Positions 30,484 through 40,935 are shown, counted from the first letter of the stretch. The stretch: 64,000 nucleotides of DNA from Nitrosopumilus sp. (GCA_965203315.1 CBDBCE010000004.1:96001-160000), one strand, 5' to 3'. Translations and numbers: made by a program. The notes: generated from the sequence alone by a model not told the origin.

Positions 30484-30915
30484 CTATCTCTTGAGCCGAT
30501 AGATGTTCTTTCTTGATATGACTATTGTGGTATCGTCTCTAGTGCCCTCATAGTCTAGTACGATATTGCCAAATGTATCATCGACGTTGATCTTGTCTGA
30601 TACTGTGAACTTTATCTTTAACACCTCGTCTGTGTATAGAGGGTTGAGAAATCTGACTGATCTGTTACTCCATGCTTGATCCCCATCAACTCCTACTAGA
30701 ACTATCTGGTTTCCATATATCTGACTCAGTCTGGTGAACTCACCTTCAATTCTTGCTAATATCGCTCTGCCTGGCACTATACGTCCATCTACATGGTTGT
30801 CCAGAAATGTATTCTTTATTCTTGAAAAATTCAGATATGTCTCTAGTTCGTTCTCTGATATACTACATGTAGAGTGAAATGATTCGCCTATCTTAAATTC
30901 ATCAAATCGTTTCAT
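30484..30915 (-). CDS. Hot-dog fold (MaoC-like) protein
   Basis: FDEFKIGESF, IVPG, VRFLNPLYTDE; overlaps the SDR stop. Confidence 0.65.
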   Translation of the reverse strand: MKRFDEFKIGESFHSTCSISENELETYLNFSRIKNTFLDNHVDGRIVPGRAILARIEGEFTRLSQIYGNQIVLVGVDGDQAWSNRSVRFLNPLYTDEVLKIKFTVSDKINVDDTFGNIVLDYEGTRDDTTIVISRKNIYRLKR

Positions 30916-32675
30916 CTCGACTCATCGACGAGTATTACCTCAGACGAGTTTGTCGATCTATCTGATACGATGTAATCGAACGCAGCTGCAACTCGTTTGT
31001 TGTCTATTTCGGCACCAGTGACCGATCCTTGAAGAAGTGTAAATACTCTGATCTTTGATCCTAGAACGTCACTCAACTCTTGATTTATCGTTGTAGTGAA
31101 TGGTCGTATTGCTCCTCTAAAGATCTCGATCTGTGCTCTTCGTGTTCCTGTAACCTTTCCAGCTGGTAGTTCAGGACCAATTATCAAGACTCTCCCAGTC
31201 GTCTCTTTGTATAGTCTAGGATCTATGCCGCCTCCTGGTACAAACTGCTCTAATGCCGATTGAAGTAGTGTCGCTGGCTTTGTGATGAACTTTTCTACTA
31301 GTCTATCCCATTCTGCTCTACTCTGAGATGTGATCGATGCAATGTCGGGCATCTTGCCTGTATCGTATATGACACATCTGATCTTACCTATCTTTGTACT
31401 TGCTGTGTTTAGCCATCTCTGCATCTCTTTTGGATCACCAGTATCGACCTCATGGCAATGAAATCTCTCACTGATGTATGCTCTAGCCTCATCTGGAGCA
31501 AGTTTGGATACAAAGAATACAATCTCCCCACCACACTCTTTAATGTGAGTCGCCAACTCTACAACTCTATAAACATCTGACATGTCTGTAGGATCCACAA
31601 CTAGAACTATTAAGTCACCTCCAAGTTCTGGTTTACGTGAAGTTGGTATAGTTCCAACATGTGGTTTCACTGGATAGAATACTCGATCACCTGGAATGAC
31701 CTTTCCGTTGAGTATAGTTGCAATCTCTTCGTCACAAAGGTTTAGAATGGATTCTGCAACTTGGTCCTGTGAAAGAAATTCACGATTTGCAATCATGTGT
31801 GATGTGTTCTTTTGAATCTTTGCAGCAATGGTCTGAATCTTTGCAAGTAGGTTTTGTAGGGTCTCTGCAAACTTTGTCTGTTCGTACTCGCCCCCAAGAT
31901 CTTTTGTTATTTCAGATATGCCTCTAGATATGACTTGTTCATCTTCACCTAATAACTCTAACAGCTGTTTGCTCGCCTTTTCTACCGTTGACGGCGACAG
32001 ATATTCGAATCCACTAACTCGCATAAACTCTGCTGCTGCCTTGGGATACACCGTCTTGTATATACGATCAGAGTGGACAGGACCTGGATTTGTTGCAATC
32101 GATACAACTCCTCGATCTACCAACTCCCATGACATTGCTTCTGCAAGTCTATTCTTTGCGCCTTGTGCAGCTGTATATGGACTACGAAATCGATACGGTC
32201 TCTGTTCTAGTGGTCTCTCTTCAGTAAAAAAGGTCGATATTGTGATTATCTTGTCTCCTCGTTCCATGACTCGTAGCGCTTGAACAGATCCCCAAAATGT
32301 TCCAGTCAGATGTATTCCTATCGTACTCTTAAACTCTGAGAGATCTGCATTTGGAAAACACGTAACAGGTCCTGAGACTCCTGCATTATTTATCATATAG
32401 TTTACTCGAGTATTGTCTTGTTTGAGTTTATCAAACATTGCACTCATTGCTGACTCGTCACTCACATCGACATTGGCAAATATTTGTACACTGGCATTAC
32501 TCTTTACATCTCTTATTATCTGTTCTAGTATCGCTGCAGTATCTTGTAATGGCTCACGACGTCGACCCAAAATTATTATGTTTGCCCCATTTTCGGCAAA
32601 CTTTTTTGCAATGGCCTGACCTATTCCAGTTCCACTTCCTGTAATCAGTGCAGTCTTGCCTTGGAATTTTAACAT
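30912..32675 (-). CDS. Two-domain short-chain dehydrogenase/reductase
   Basis: TGSGTGIG, NNAG, PGPV in the N-terminal domain; degenerate second Rossmann-like domain. Confidence 0.85.
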   Translation of the reverse strand: MLKFQGKTALITGSGTGIGQAIAKKFAENGANIIILGRRREPLQDTAAILEQIIRDVKSNASVQIFANVDVSDESAMSAMFDKLKQDNTRVNYMINNAGVSGPVTCFPNADLSEFKSTIGIHLTGTFWGSVQALRVMERGDKIITISTFFTEERPLEQRPYRFRSPYTAAQGAKNRLAEAMSWELVDRGVVSIATNPGPVHSDRIYKTVYPKAAAEFMRVSGFEYLSPSTVEKASKQLLELLGEDEQVISRGISEITKDLGGEYEQTKFAETLQNLLAKIQTIAAKIQKNTSHMIANREFLSQDQVAESILNLCDEEIATILNGKVIPGDRVFYPVKPHVGTIPTSRKPELGGDLIVLVVDPTDMSDVYRVVELATHIKECGGEIVFFVSKLAPDEARAYISERFHCHEVDTGDPKEMQRWLNTASTKIGKIRCVIYDTGKMPDIASITSQSRAEWDRLVEKFITKPATLLQSALEQFVPGGGIDPRLYKETTGRVLIIGPELPAGKVTGTRRAQIEIFRGAIRPFTTTINQELSDVLGSKIRVFTLLQGSVTGAEIDNKRVAAAFDYIVSDRSTNSSEVILVDESR

Positions 32676-32749
32676 CGATATCTTGTCCTGATCCTTGTGA
32701 TATTTATCTTACACTTATCTTTATTTGTGGGGTGATTATAATACCATTG

Positions 32750-32983
32750 ATGCATGATTCTGAATCTGATACTTTTGTATATCAGACATGGCCAGAAAAG
32801 TTTGCTACAATGCTTGATGATATTGGAGTGGAGTCTACTCCTATGGAGATCGGCTCTGATATAGAGCGTGGTGAATATTATTCTAGATATTTTGCACAGA
32901 CACCTAGAATGGTCACAAACAAGGGCTGTCTTGATATTAAGGGCACCAATATAGACGCGGTTCAGATCATACAAAAGGGGTAA
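32750..32983 (+). CDS. Hypothetical protein
   Basis: Start reassigned to ATG 32750; operon-like with the next ORF. Confidence 0.6.
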   Translation: MHDSESDTFVYQTWPEKFATMLDDIGVESTPMEIGSDIERGEYYSRYFAQTPRMVTNKGCLDIKGTNIDAVQIIQKG

Positions 32984-32987
32984 TGAT

Positions 32988-33365
32988 ATGCAGCAGATAG
33001 ATCCACTTCCTTGGGGCGCTCTGGATAGATATCAGGCACACTTTATTGTAAGACGAGATCCAGGTAATGATCACACTACCTTTCTCACAAAGACTGAACT
33101 GACAACGCAAGGTCACTTTGGCTCAAAACAACTGCTCTCAGTTAGATGGAGTGGTGGTGGCAAACTCGCATCGCGTCTCAACGATGACACTCAACTCTGT
33201 GATATGATCCTACAGCAATCTCTAGATGCTGCAAAGATGTACATAGAACCCACTGATAATGTGATACGCATTCATGGCACATGGAGTAACCATCTTGCTT
33301 TTGGTATCTCTCGTGAGCTCTATGAGATTTATGATCGTATAGCCGGTCACATAAAGTCAATCTAG
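32988..33365 (+). CDS. Hypothetical protein
   Basis: Clean 125-aa ORF. Confidence 0.65.
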   Translation: MQQIDPLPWGALDRYQAHFIVRRDPGNDHTTFLTKTELTTQGHFGSKQLLSVRWSGGGKLASRLNDDTQLCDMILQQSLDAAKMYIEPTDNVIRIHGTWSNHLAFGISRELYEIYDRIAGHIKSI

Positions 33366-33895
33366 GCCTTCCACCAGTCTAGTGCCACAAGATCAACATC
33401 ATTTGTTCGAGGTATCGCAAGTATGAACTGCTTTCTTACTGTTGTCGCAAGTCTTCCTGCCAAAACTATCTCCGTAGATGTGATCTGATCTCTTCTACTA
33501 TAAACTTGGACTAGATAAGGCGCGTGATCTATTCCTGGTCCTCTCTCGTATATTGCAAAATCACAACCAAACTTTATTCCTGGATTTACAATATATCCCA
33601 TATCTCTAAATTTTTTATAAACTTGATACTTTCTCTCAAAGTCGTGATACTCTTCCTTACACCTGTCGGTCATCTCTGATATGCTGACCTTTTTTCTTGA
33701 ACTAGTTATGTTCAGTCTATTGTTTTCTAGTAGGTATAGTCCCTCGATTAAATCTAATACTAGAGGAACGTCAATCTCGTCAGGTTTTGGTTTTGGCATG
33801 CCAATCGGTTTACCATAATATCCATTGACGAACAATTCTTTTGCATCTTTTATGTTCCACACAACTATGCGATTCTGTATAATCTCTCCTTTCAC
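33362..33895 (-). CDS. endA: tRNA-intron endonuclease
   Basis: GIKFGCDFAIY, HAPY, GRLATTVRK catalytic Y/H/K residues. Confidence 0.93.
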   Translation of the reverse strand: MKGEIIQNRIVVWNIKDAKELFVNGYYGKPIGMPKPKPDEIDVPLVLDLIEGLYLLENNRLNITSSRKKVSISEMTDRCKEEYHDFERKYQVYKKFRDMGYIVNPGIKFGCDFAIYERGPGIDHAPYLVQVYSRRDQITSTEIVLAGRLATTVRKQFILAIPRTNDVDLVALDWWKA

Positions 33896-33934
33896 AGATC
33901 AATCATATCACAATATGTATATGAACGATCGAGA

Positions 33935-34588
33935 TCAGAGACTTAGTGCTAGTAAGATAAACGAGTCTGACACACGTTGACACTTGTCTGCCATCTCTTC
34001 GATCCCTTCGACCACGTCTTTGATCAACATCAGTTCTTTGGTATTTGTTACTTCGGTTAGGATCTTTAATGTTACGGCGCGATATTTTATATCGATCTCG
34101 CGCTCAATCGTCTGTGTCTCTTGTGCAATCTTTATTGCATTTTCAGTATTTGTATTGAGGCTACGAATGATCTCATTTAGCTTGTATACTTCATCTACGA
34201 CTAGTTCGATGAGCTTTGTTACATCCTGGTCTATTCCCGCATTCTTTAGCGTTGTTGGTTTTATGTTAGATAATTTGAACGATATTCCGGTAATGTAACC
34301 TGCAATCTCATCCATGGTATATGCCGTGTTTAATAGGTTCTCACGATTCATGATCAATCCTCCGACATCGGCCACCTCGCGTGTGATCTTGCGACGCAAT
34401 GTCTCTACTTCATCTTCAATCGTAGATATCTCTTTTAGTACGTTCTTTATGCCAGGTTTGTCGCGTTTCATCATCAGCTCTGGTAGTGTCCCAAGCTCCC
34501 TTGCCGCATTTAGTATTCTGTGAATCTCGTCTTGTAGAACTGCTATCGCCTTTCGTTTTGCTTGAACCTCGAGCTCGCCACTATACAT
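33935..34588 (-). CDS. DUF47/PhoU-like phosphate transport regulator
   Basis: Helical repeat with IEDEVE / IEREID and EEMADKC motifs. Confidence 0.8.
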   Translation of the reverse strand: MYSGELEVQAKRKAIAVLQDEIHRILNAARELGTLPELMMKRDKPGIKNVLKEISTIEDEVETLRRKITREVADVGGLIMNRENLLNTAYTMDEIAGYITGISFKLSNIKPTTLKNAGIDQDVTKLIELVVDEVYKLNEIIRSLNTNTENAIKIAQETQTIEREIDIKYRAVTLKILTEVTNTKELMLIKDVVEGIEEMADKCQRVSDSFILLALSL

Positions 34589-34630
34589 AATATAAGAGTT
34601 CAACAACCCTTTGGTAATTTAAATATATTC

Positions 34631-36403
34631 TCATCTCTGATCTTGGGAATCTTTGTTCTTGATCTTGGTTTGACCACTATACAGTGCAATGACTTCTTGA
34701 TTCGTGGATGCATCTTCTGCTACTTTATCTTGGCGTATCTTTCCGGTAAACTTTGGAAACCGTAGTGCTAGACCAGCACCTCTTCGTATCTTGTCTTTAG
34801 CTGCCTGGTGTATGGGACTAAGTGTTATCTCTGATGCCACTATCTCGATTATAGTCGAAGGCTCGAACCAGACATCGGCTGGCATCTGGCTATCTATGCG
34901 TGGACTACGTTTGATGGTTACTTTTGGTTGCAGTACTTGATATATCTGATCCAAACTCTCGTCTGAGAATCCGGTTCCCACTTTGCATATGCTGGTAAAA
35001 GTATCCGAGTCATCATCGTACGTTGCAAGGAGTAACGTTCCATAAATTCCTGTGCGCCTGCCTTTGCCAAAAAATCCTCCAATTACTACAAGATCTAAAC
35101 TATCGCCCAACTCGTTTCGATACTCTCGTTTTAATTTTAGCCAGTAACTGCCTCGAGAACCAGCCTTGTACGGACTATCTGGTCTCTTGAGCATCAATCC
35201 TTCACTGCCTGCATTGATCCCATTCTCCATAACCTCTTCAATCTCGCTCTTGCTATGTACTGTCGTCATGGACATGTGTCTTGCATATCTGTCTTCTCTT
35301 ACCACTTTTGTCAACTTTGCACGTCTCTGATCATAACTCATATCTAGACAGCTCTTGCCATTGCAATAAAGAATATCAAAAAAGTTGACACTGATTGGAT
35401 ATTGGGTTACAGCTTTCTCTATCTTGTATTTACGTTTTCTATGCATCAACTCTTGAAATGGTAGAAACTCGCCCGTGTCCTCATTTATGGCAACAGCCTC
35501 TGCTTCGAGAATTACATCATCTGCGTTGATCACTTGTGGAATCTTTTCAATAATGTCTGGATAGTATCTTGATATGTTCTCTAGGCTACGTGAAAAGACG
35601 ACTGCCTTGTCTCCCTTTATGTGAATTTGTACTCGTTCACCATCTAGTTTGTATTCTGCAGCAAAAGACTCACCCAATCTCTCGATTGCTTCATGTTCGT
35701 TCTTGACTCTGTCTGCAAGCATTGGTCTTATTGGATTAAACAGTGATATCTCAAAAGACTCGATCTTGGATATTCCGTGTTCTGCAATAATCTGTGCAAC
35801 ATGCCCAAGATCACTCGATACGTTATATGCATGCTCTAGTGCATCTCGATTACTCTTGTCGTCTGAGAATGCGATCGCAAGTGCATCCATGACTGTGTTT
35901 TCAGCAATCCCGAGTCGTAGCGTCCCTAAAAGCAACTTTAGAATGAAACTGGCCTCAAGTGGCGTTGCATCGTTTAGTAGACTAGTGATGTACTTTAACT
36001 TCATATCTTGCGAGCGTGTTCCTTCCAATCTCGCAATCTTGAATAGTGTTTCGTATACTCGCTCTACTGTAATATCTTGTGCTAGAAATGTCGTCTGTGT
36101 CTTTTGTTCCAGGATCATAGCAGCCGCATGACCTAGATCTCCAGTATCTCGATATTTAGATTCGATCTCAGATATTGAGGTGCCTGACGACTTTGCGATT
36201 GCTTTTATTGCAATCTTTTCAGCAACCCCCAACTCTATCCCTTCAAAGTCTGGTCGTATCTTTCCTTGTATCAGATAAACTATCTTTGCAATATTGTTTT
36301 GGGGAGTACTCTTGAAGAGCTGTACCAAATGTTGTGTCAACTCGAGTCTCTTTCTAGTTGACTCCATCTTGCTAAATGAATCTGCTATTATGGAAAACTC
36401 CAT
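34631..36403 (-). CDS. lig: ATP-dependent DNA ligase
   Basis: EYKLDGER, EGLMLK, WLKLK, LRFPKF. Confidence 0.97.
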   Translation of the reverse strand: MEFSIIADSFSKMESTRKRLELTQHLVQLFKSTPQNNIAKIVYLIQGKIRPDFEGIELGVAEKIAIKAIAKSSGTSISEIESKYRDTGDLGHAAAMILEQKTQTTFLAQDITVERVYETLFKIARLEGTRSQDMKLKYITSLLNDATPLEASFILKLLLGTLRLGIAENTVMDALAIAFSDDKSNRDALEHAYNVSSDLGHVAQIIAEHGISKIESFEISLFNPIRPMLADRVKNEHEAIERLGESFAAEYKLDGERVQIHIKGDKAVVFSRSLENISRYYPDIIEKIPQVINADDVILEAEAVAINEDTGEFLPFQELMHRKRKYKIEKAVTQYPISVNFFDILYCNGKSCLDMSYDQRRAKLTKVVREDRYARHMSMTTVHSKSEIEEVMENGINAGSEGLMLKRPDSPYKAGSRGSYWLKLKREYRNELGDSLDLVVIGGFFGKGRRTGIYGTLLLATYDDDSDTFTSICKVGTGFSDESLDQIYQVLQPKVTIKRSPRIDSQMPADVWFEPSTIIEIVASEITLSPIHQAAKDKIRRGAGLALRFPKFTGKIRQDKVAEDASTNQEVIALYSGQTKIKNKDSQDQR

Positions 36404-36413
36404 CTCTTATCCT

Positions 36414-36821
36414 TTAGATGTATTTGAAGATCGTTGGTTTATCTCTGTTTGACATGTCGGATACTAGGGCAAAATTATACAACGGGTAATCTCTTTTGTA
36501 CTGTTTCATAAAACTCCATGCAACGTCATGTGTCTTGAACTCTGTTCTAATGCCATCTAGTATGGTAAATTTCCCATATGTGTCAAAGACTATTACGTTG
36601 TACTGTTTTGGGCGATTGTGTGGTTTTGCTCTGAGTAGCCACGCTAATGCAAATACAAAGACTGTGGCCAATACGACATACTCTCCTGCAACTCTGAAAA
36701 AGTCTAAAACTATGCTGGGAATGGTTTGACCAAATAACACTGCAACAAAGTTGGAGAAAGAGATCACAGCCAATGCCGTAAATATGTATGTCTTCCAATC
36801 AAAGATCTTTTGAAATTTCAA
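36414..36821 (-). CDS. Hypothetical membrane protein
   Basis: Two TM segments plus a soluble C-terminus. Confidence 0.7.
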   Translation of the reverse strand: MKFQKIFDWKTYIFTALAVISFSNFVAVLFGQTIPSIVLDFFRVAGEYVVLATVFVFALAWLLRAKPHNRPKQYNVIVFDTYGKFTILDGIRTEFKTHDVAWSFMKQYKRDYPLYNFALVSDMSNRDKPTIFKYI

Positions 36822-36957
36822 TTCGATTTTTGTATGTGTTGTTTTCTTTTAACTATTTCTCATAGGTGGTTCAGGTTGCACTATAAGGGTATCTAGAATA
36901 TTTACACTAGATATCGTCTAAAATATCACTCGTCTCTAATCGTGACTAGTTGGTTAT

Positions 36958-38091
36958 CTAGTCGGGATCTTCGTACTCTATCCTTCTCTGACCGCTTGTC
37001 GTATCTGACATGGGGCGCATCTTGCCTTCTAGAATCTCCATTCTTGCTCGATATCCTTCGGCATACTCGAGCTCTGAAGGAACAAGTGTGGCTGGATGGA
37101 TAAATCCTTGACTACGAATATTCATGGCCTTTTTTGTTGCATTCATTCTAATCAGATCCCAATCGGGAGTTGAGAATCCATCAAAAGGTCCAGTGAATTT
37201 TCCATTATGCATACTAAATACTAGTGCTTCTACTATGGGAATGCAAAAGTTGATCGTTGCAGCCGAGTTTAATTTGACCGGCATCAATGGCATATTGTGA
37301 CTTCCTCGTGTATTGCCTGCAACTAGATGCGGATTATTAAAGACACTTCCAACTTCTTCTGTCGCTGGAAATCTCTTCTGCGTTCGAACTATGCATATCG
37401 GATCATCTTTTCCTACATACGTTCCAGCGATATTGTGTAATCGATCAGTAGACGCAGCAAGTATCGGCTCTCCGTCCTTTGTCGTCACGGTGTCGACTAC
37501 ATATCTACCAGGATACATGAGCGCAGCTTCAATAGTCGGTTTGTCTTGCCATAACTCTAACTCTGCGATCTGTGCCTTTTCGACATCCATTATGTTGATC
37601 TTTACTCCTTGTGCTAGACTCTTGTTTACTATTAATCCTGTATTGCTCAAAGAATCTACAAACATTCGATATATCGGATAGTTGAATGCGCCAGGTTCTG
37701 TCTTGTCAGCTGCAAAGACAGTAAATGCCTCGTTTGCTCTCTCTTCAAACTCCATCTCTGCAACACCAGGTCCCATGCCTTTTACATTTCCAGAGAAAGA
37801 GTCTCGAAGCAGATCTTGACCTGCACCGTACAGTCCTTCTTCTTTTGCAATTTTTGTCCCTTCCATGAATGCATCCCATGCAAGCTTGTGGATCGACTCG
37901 TTGTTGGTACCATGTACATGAGACATTACGATATGTGTGTCATCTCCACAATATCCGATATAGTGATCCAAGAATAGATCTGAACTATGTGTGATCGTAT
38001 CTCTAATAGCTTGCAGTAAGCCTTTACTTGGTTTGGTATGTCCTCCTATACCTCCCACGTCAGCCTTGATAACCGATAATGTTATCTTCAT
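36958..38091 (-). CDS. fbp: Fructose-1,6-bisphosphate aldolase/phosphatase
   Basis: KADVGGIGGH, GLYGAGQDLL, DKTEPGAFN, YVGKDDP. Confidence 0.96.
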   Translation of the reverse strand: MKITLSVIKADVGGIGGHTKPSKGLLQAIRDTITHSSDLFLDHYIGYCGDDTHIVMSHVHGTNNESIHKLAWDAFMEGTKIAKEEGLYGAGQDLLRDSFSGNVKGMGPGVAEMEFEERANEAFTVFAADKTEPGAFNYPIYRMFVDSLSNTGLIVNKSLAQGVKINIMDVEKAQIAELELWQDKPTIEAALMYPGRYVVDTVTTKDGEPILAASTDRLHNIAGTYVGKDDPICIVRTQKRFPATEEVGSVFNNPHLVAGNTRGSHNMPLMPVKLNSAATINFCIPIVEALVFSMHNGKFTGPFDGFSTPDWDLIRMNATKKAMNIRSQGFIHPATLVPSELEYAEGYRARMEILEGKMRPMSDTTSGQRRIEYEDPD

Positions 38092-38248
38092 ATGGTGGAC
38101 ATGCTATCTACTTTGATTTATGTGTAGTTTTCGTATGGATATTTGGACTTGTTGGTTGGGTCTTAGTGTTTTTCTTACGACCACTCACCACACCGATCAT
38201 CTCGCACAAATCATAACAATAATAAATACCCAGAAATAGTGAGTTCAT

Positions 38249-39547
38249 ATGGCAGAAAAACCCCACCTGAACTTGATCGTTACAGGTCACATTGACAATG
38301 GCAAATCGACAACGATGGGTCACTTTTTGATGGATCTGGGAGTTGTAGATGAGCGAACCATAGCTGCACACGCAACAGAGTCTGAAAAGACTGGCAAAGG
38401 TGATACTTTCAAGTATGCTTGGGTTATGGATAATATCAAAGATGAGCGAGAACGTGGAATCACAATAGACCTCGCATTTCAAAAATTCGAGTCTTCAAAA
38501 TACTTCTTTACTCTAATAGACGCACCAGGTCATCGAGACTTTATCAAAAATATGATCACAGGAGCATCTGAAGCAGATGCTGCAATACTGGTGCTATCTG
38601 CAAAAGAGGGTGAGACCGATACTGCAGTCGCTGCTGGCGGTCAAGCACGTGAGCACGCATTTCTATTAAAGACGCTGGGTGTCAACCAACTGATCGTTGC
38701 AATCAACAAGATGGACGATAGTAACTACTCTGAAGCTGCATTCAAAGCCGCAAAGGAGAAAGGTGAAAAACTCGTAAGATCTGTTGGCTATAAACTAGAC
38801 CAAGTCCCCTTTATTCCTGTATCTGGTTGGAAAGGTGACAATCTGGTTAAAAAATCTGAAAATATGTCGTGGTATACCGGCAAGACTCTATTAGAAGCAT
38901 TTGATGATTTTACTATATCTGAGAAACCGGTAGGTAAACCACTACGTGTTCCGATTCAAGACGTATATACAATTACAGGTGTTGGTACCGTTCCTGTTGG
39001 TCGAGTCGAGACTGGAACTATGAAGCCAGGTGACAAGATCGTTGTGATGCCATCTGGTGCACCAGGCGAGATAAAATCGATAGAGACTCATCATCAGATG
39101 ATGCCTTCTGCTGAAGCTGGTGACAATATTGGATTTAATTTACGTGGTGTAGAAAAGAAAGATATCAAACGTGGTGATGTTTTAGGCACTCCAGACTCAC
39201 CTCCGACCGTTGCTAAAGAGTTCAAGGCACAAATAATCGTCATACACCATCCAACCGCAATTGCTCCTGGTTATACTCCGGTCATGCACGCACATACAGC
39301 TCAGGTGGCTGCAACTGTGACAGAGTTTCTACAAAAGATCAATCCTGCAAGTGGAGCAATCGAGGAGGAGAATCCCAAGTTCCTTAAAGTTGGTGACTCT
39401 GCAATAGTCAAGATCCGACCAGTCAGACCAACATGTATTGAGACATTTCAAGAGTTTCCAGAGATGGGAAGATTTGCACTACGAGATATGGGCGCAACCA
39501 TTGCAGCTGGAATTGTAAAAGAGATTACCGAAGAGTACAAACCATAG
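38249..39547 (+). CDS. tuf: Translation elongation factor EF-1 alpha
   Basis: GHIDNGKST, DAPGHRDF, NKMD, GRFALRDMG. Confidence 0.98.
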   Translation: MAEKPHLNLIVTGHIDNGKSTTMGHFLMDLGVVDERTIAAHATESEKTGKGDTFKYAWVMDNIKDERERGITIDLAFQKFESSKYFFTLIDAPGHRDFIKNMITGASEADAAILVLSAKEGETDTAVAAGGQAREHAFLLKTLGVNQLIVAINKMDDSNYSEAAFKAAKEKGEKLVRSVGYKLDQVPFIPVSGWKGDNLVKKSENMSWYTGKTLLEAFDDFTISEKPVGKPLRVPIQDVYTITGVGTVPVGRVETGTMKPGDKIVVMPSGAPGEIKSIETHHQMMPSAEAGDNIGFNLRGVEKKDIKRGDVLGTPDSPPTVAKEFKAQIIVIHHPTAIAPGYTPVMHAHTAQVAATVTEFLQKINPASGAIEEENPKFLKVGDSAIVKIRPVRPTCIETFQEFPEMGRFALRDMGATIAAGIVKEITEEYKP

Positions 39548-39560
39548 GTTTGATGTTTGC

Positions 39561-39869
39561 ATGGTACAACCCGCTCGTGTCAAACTCACTTCAACTAGTC
39601 TTCCAAAACTTGTTGGTGTATGTAATGAGATAATGGGGATTGGTAAAAGAACTGGTGTCAAAGTTAAAGGTCCAACACCACTTCCAGTAAAGCGTCTACA
39701 TGTGGCTACACGCAAGTCTCCTTGCGGGAATGGCACCGAGACGTATGAAAAATGGGAGATGAAGATGCACCGACGAATAATCAACATGCGTGCTGACGAT
39801 AGAGCTATACAACAGCTGGTACGTCTAAAGATCCCTGATGACGTATATATCGAACTATCTCTTACATAG
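39561..39869 (+). CDS. rpsJ: 30S ribosomal protein S10
   Basis: GPTPLP, RKSPCGNG, HRRII; follows tuf. Confidence 0.96.
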   Translation: MVQPARVKLTSTSLPKLVGVCNEIMGIGKRTGVKVKGPTPLPVKRLHVATRKSPCGNGTETYEKWEMKMHRRIINMRADDRAIQQLVRLKIPDDVYIELSLT

Positions 39870-39906
39870 TAATCATTAAAATTATGTTAAATGTTTGGTG
39901 AGATAC

Positions 39907-40089
39907 ATGTCAGACGAAATCATACCCTCAGATACCGATACCTTTGAAGTAAACTATTCGTGTTTGAGATGTGGTACACATGTGTCCAATGAAGAACTGA
40001 ATAGATTACCTGAGATAAAATGCATCTGTGGTTTTCGTGTATTTGTAAAGATTAGACCACCTATGGTCAAGACCATAAAGGCAGTCTAG
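39907..40089 (+). CDS. rpo12: RNA polymerase subunit Rpo12 (P)
   Basis: YSCLRCG...IKCICGFRVFVKIRP zinc ribbon. Confidence 0.88.
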   Translation: MSDEIIPSDTDTFEVNYSCLRCGTHVSNEELNRLPEIKCICGFRVFVKIRPPMVKTIKAV

Positions 40090-40274
40090 TTTTTGTAGCT
40101 ATGTTCTCGCTGTAGATGAGTCCGCATCTCATCCATACTTGCAAAGTACTGATTGCATTGTTTACAGTCATATTGTTGTTCTCCATGAAAAATCTCTTTA
40201 TGACTCATCAACTCTTCATCACTCGAGAAACGACGTTCACAAATATTGCATATTACTCTCTTGAATAGGTTCAT
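40086..40274 (-). CDS. Small C2H2-type zinc-finger protein
   Basis: Two CxxC-x12-HxxxxH fingers; ATG 40274 overlaps the upstream stop. Confidence 0.8.
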   Translation of the reverse strand: MNLFKRVICNICERRFSSDEELMSHKEIFHGEQQYDCKQCNQYFASMDEMRTHLQREHSYKN

Positions 40275-40681
40275 CCAAACTCTGCCTTTTTTTGATCCCA
40301 ACACCCTCGACACATCTGACCATCGATCTTCCATTTGCTTTTTGGATTGTATCTGATCAAGCCCATCTTTGTACCGCATACTGAACAAAAATTCTTCTGT
40401 TTTGCATGATTCGATTCTTTCTCATCAAAACATCGTTTACATAATAATCCATCCATATCCCATTGCCACCTAGGCTCCCATAGATCAGTAATCTTGTATG
40501 TGGCCTTGCACACCACGCACGGTTGTCTGACTTTGCCCTCATAGTACTCTTTTGACTTTTCAAAATGACAGTTACCACACAATGGACCCTTGATATTCCA
40601 TTCTCGTTTTGGTTTGTATTTGTGTTTCAACTCTTGGCTGCATATGATACAGTACGATGGTTCTCTATTCCAAAATCTCAT
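40271..40681 (-). CDS. Cys-rich repeat (zinc-binding) protein
   Basis: Three repeats of CxxC...P.xxW.xxG.xCxxC. Confidence 0.75.
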   Translation of the reverse strand: MRFWNREPSYCIICSQELKHKYKPKREWNIKGPLCGNCHFEKSKEYYEGKVRQPCVVCKATYKITDLWEPRWQWDMDGLLCKRCFDEKESNHAKQKNFCSVCGTKMGLIRYNPKSKWKIDGQMCRGCWDQKKAEFG

Positions 40682-40804
40682 AATATCATCTTGGATCTTT
40701 ATTCTATAAATTACTTTGAGAGGTCAAGCATTTGTACTATCAAAACTTTACAACTATCACAAAGCGATGCAAAAAGATATTAGGACAGCCCTATACGTTA
40801 TGTC

Positions 40805-40924
40805 ATGGTACGACGCAACATGCCTGTATGTTTTACAAAAAAACAGTACGCAATGATCGAGGAGTATGCAAAACGTAGTGGAATGCTAAATGCAAGCCAA
40901 GCACTTGAGCGCCTTCTCGATTGA
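40805..40924 (+). CDS. Small protein, ribbon-helix-helix-like (39 aa)
   Basis: Below the ORF-track cutoff: MVRRNMPVCFTKKQYAMIEEYAKRSGMLNASQALERLLD. Confidence 0.55.
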   Translation: MVRRNMPVCFTKKQYAMIEEYAKRSGMLNASQALERLLD

Positions 40925-40935
40925 TATTTTTTATC

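Noticed and set aside
38108-38482. Antisense ORFs over tuf, and likewise over lig, smc, acs and others
   Set aside because: Opposite-strand shadows of well-supported genes.
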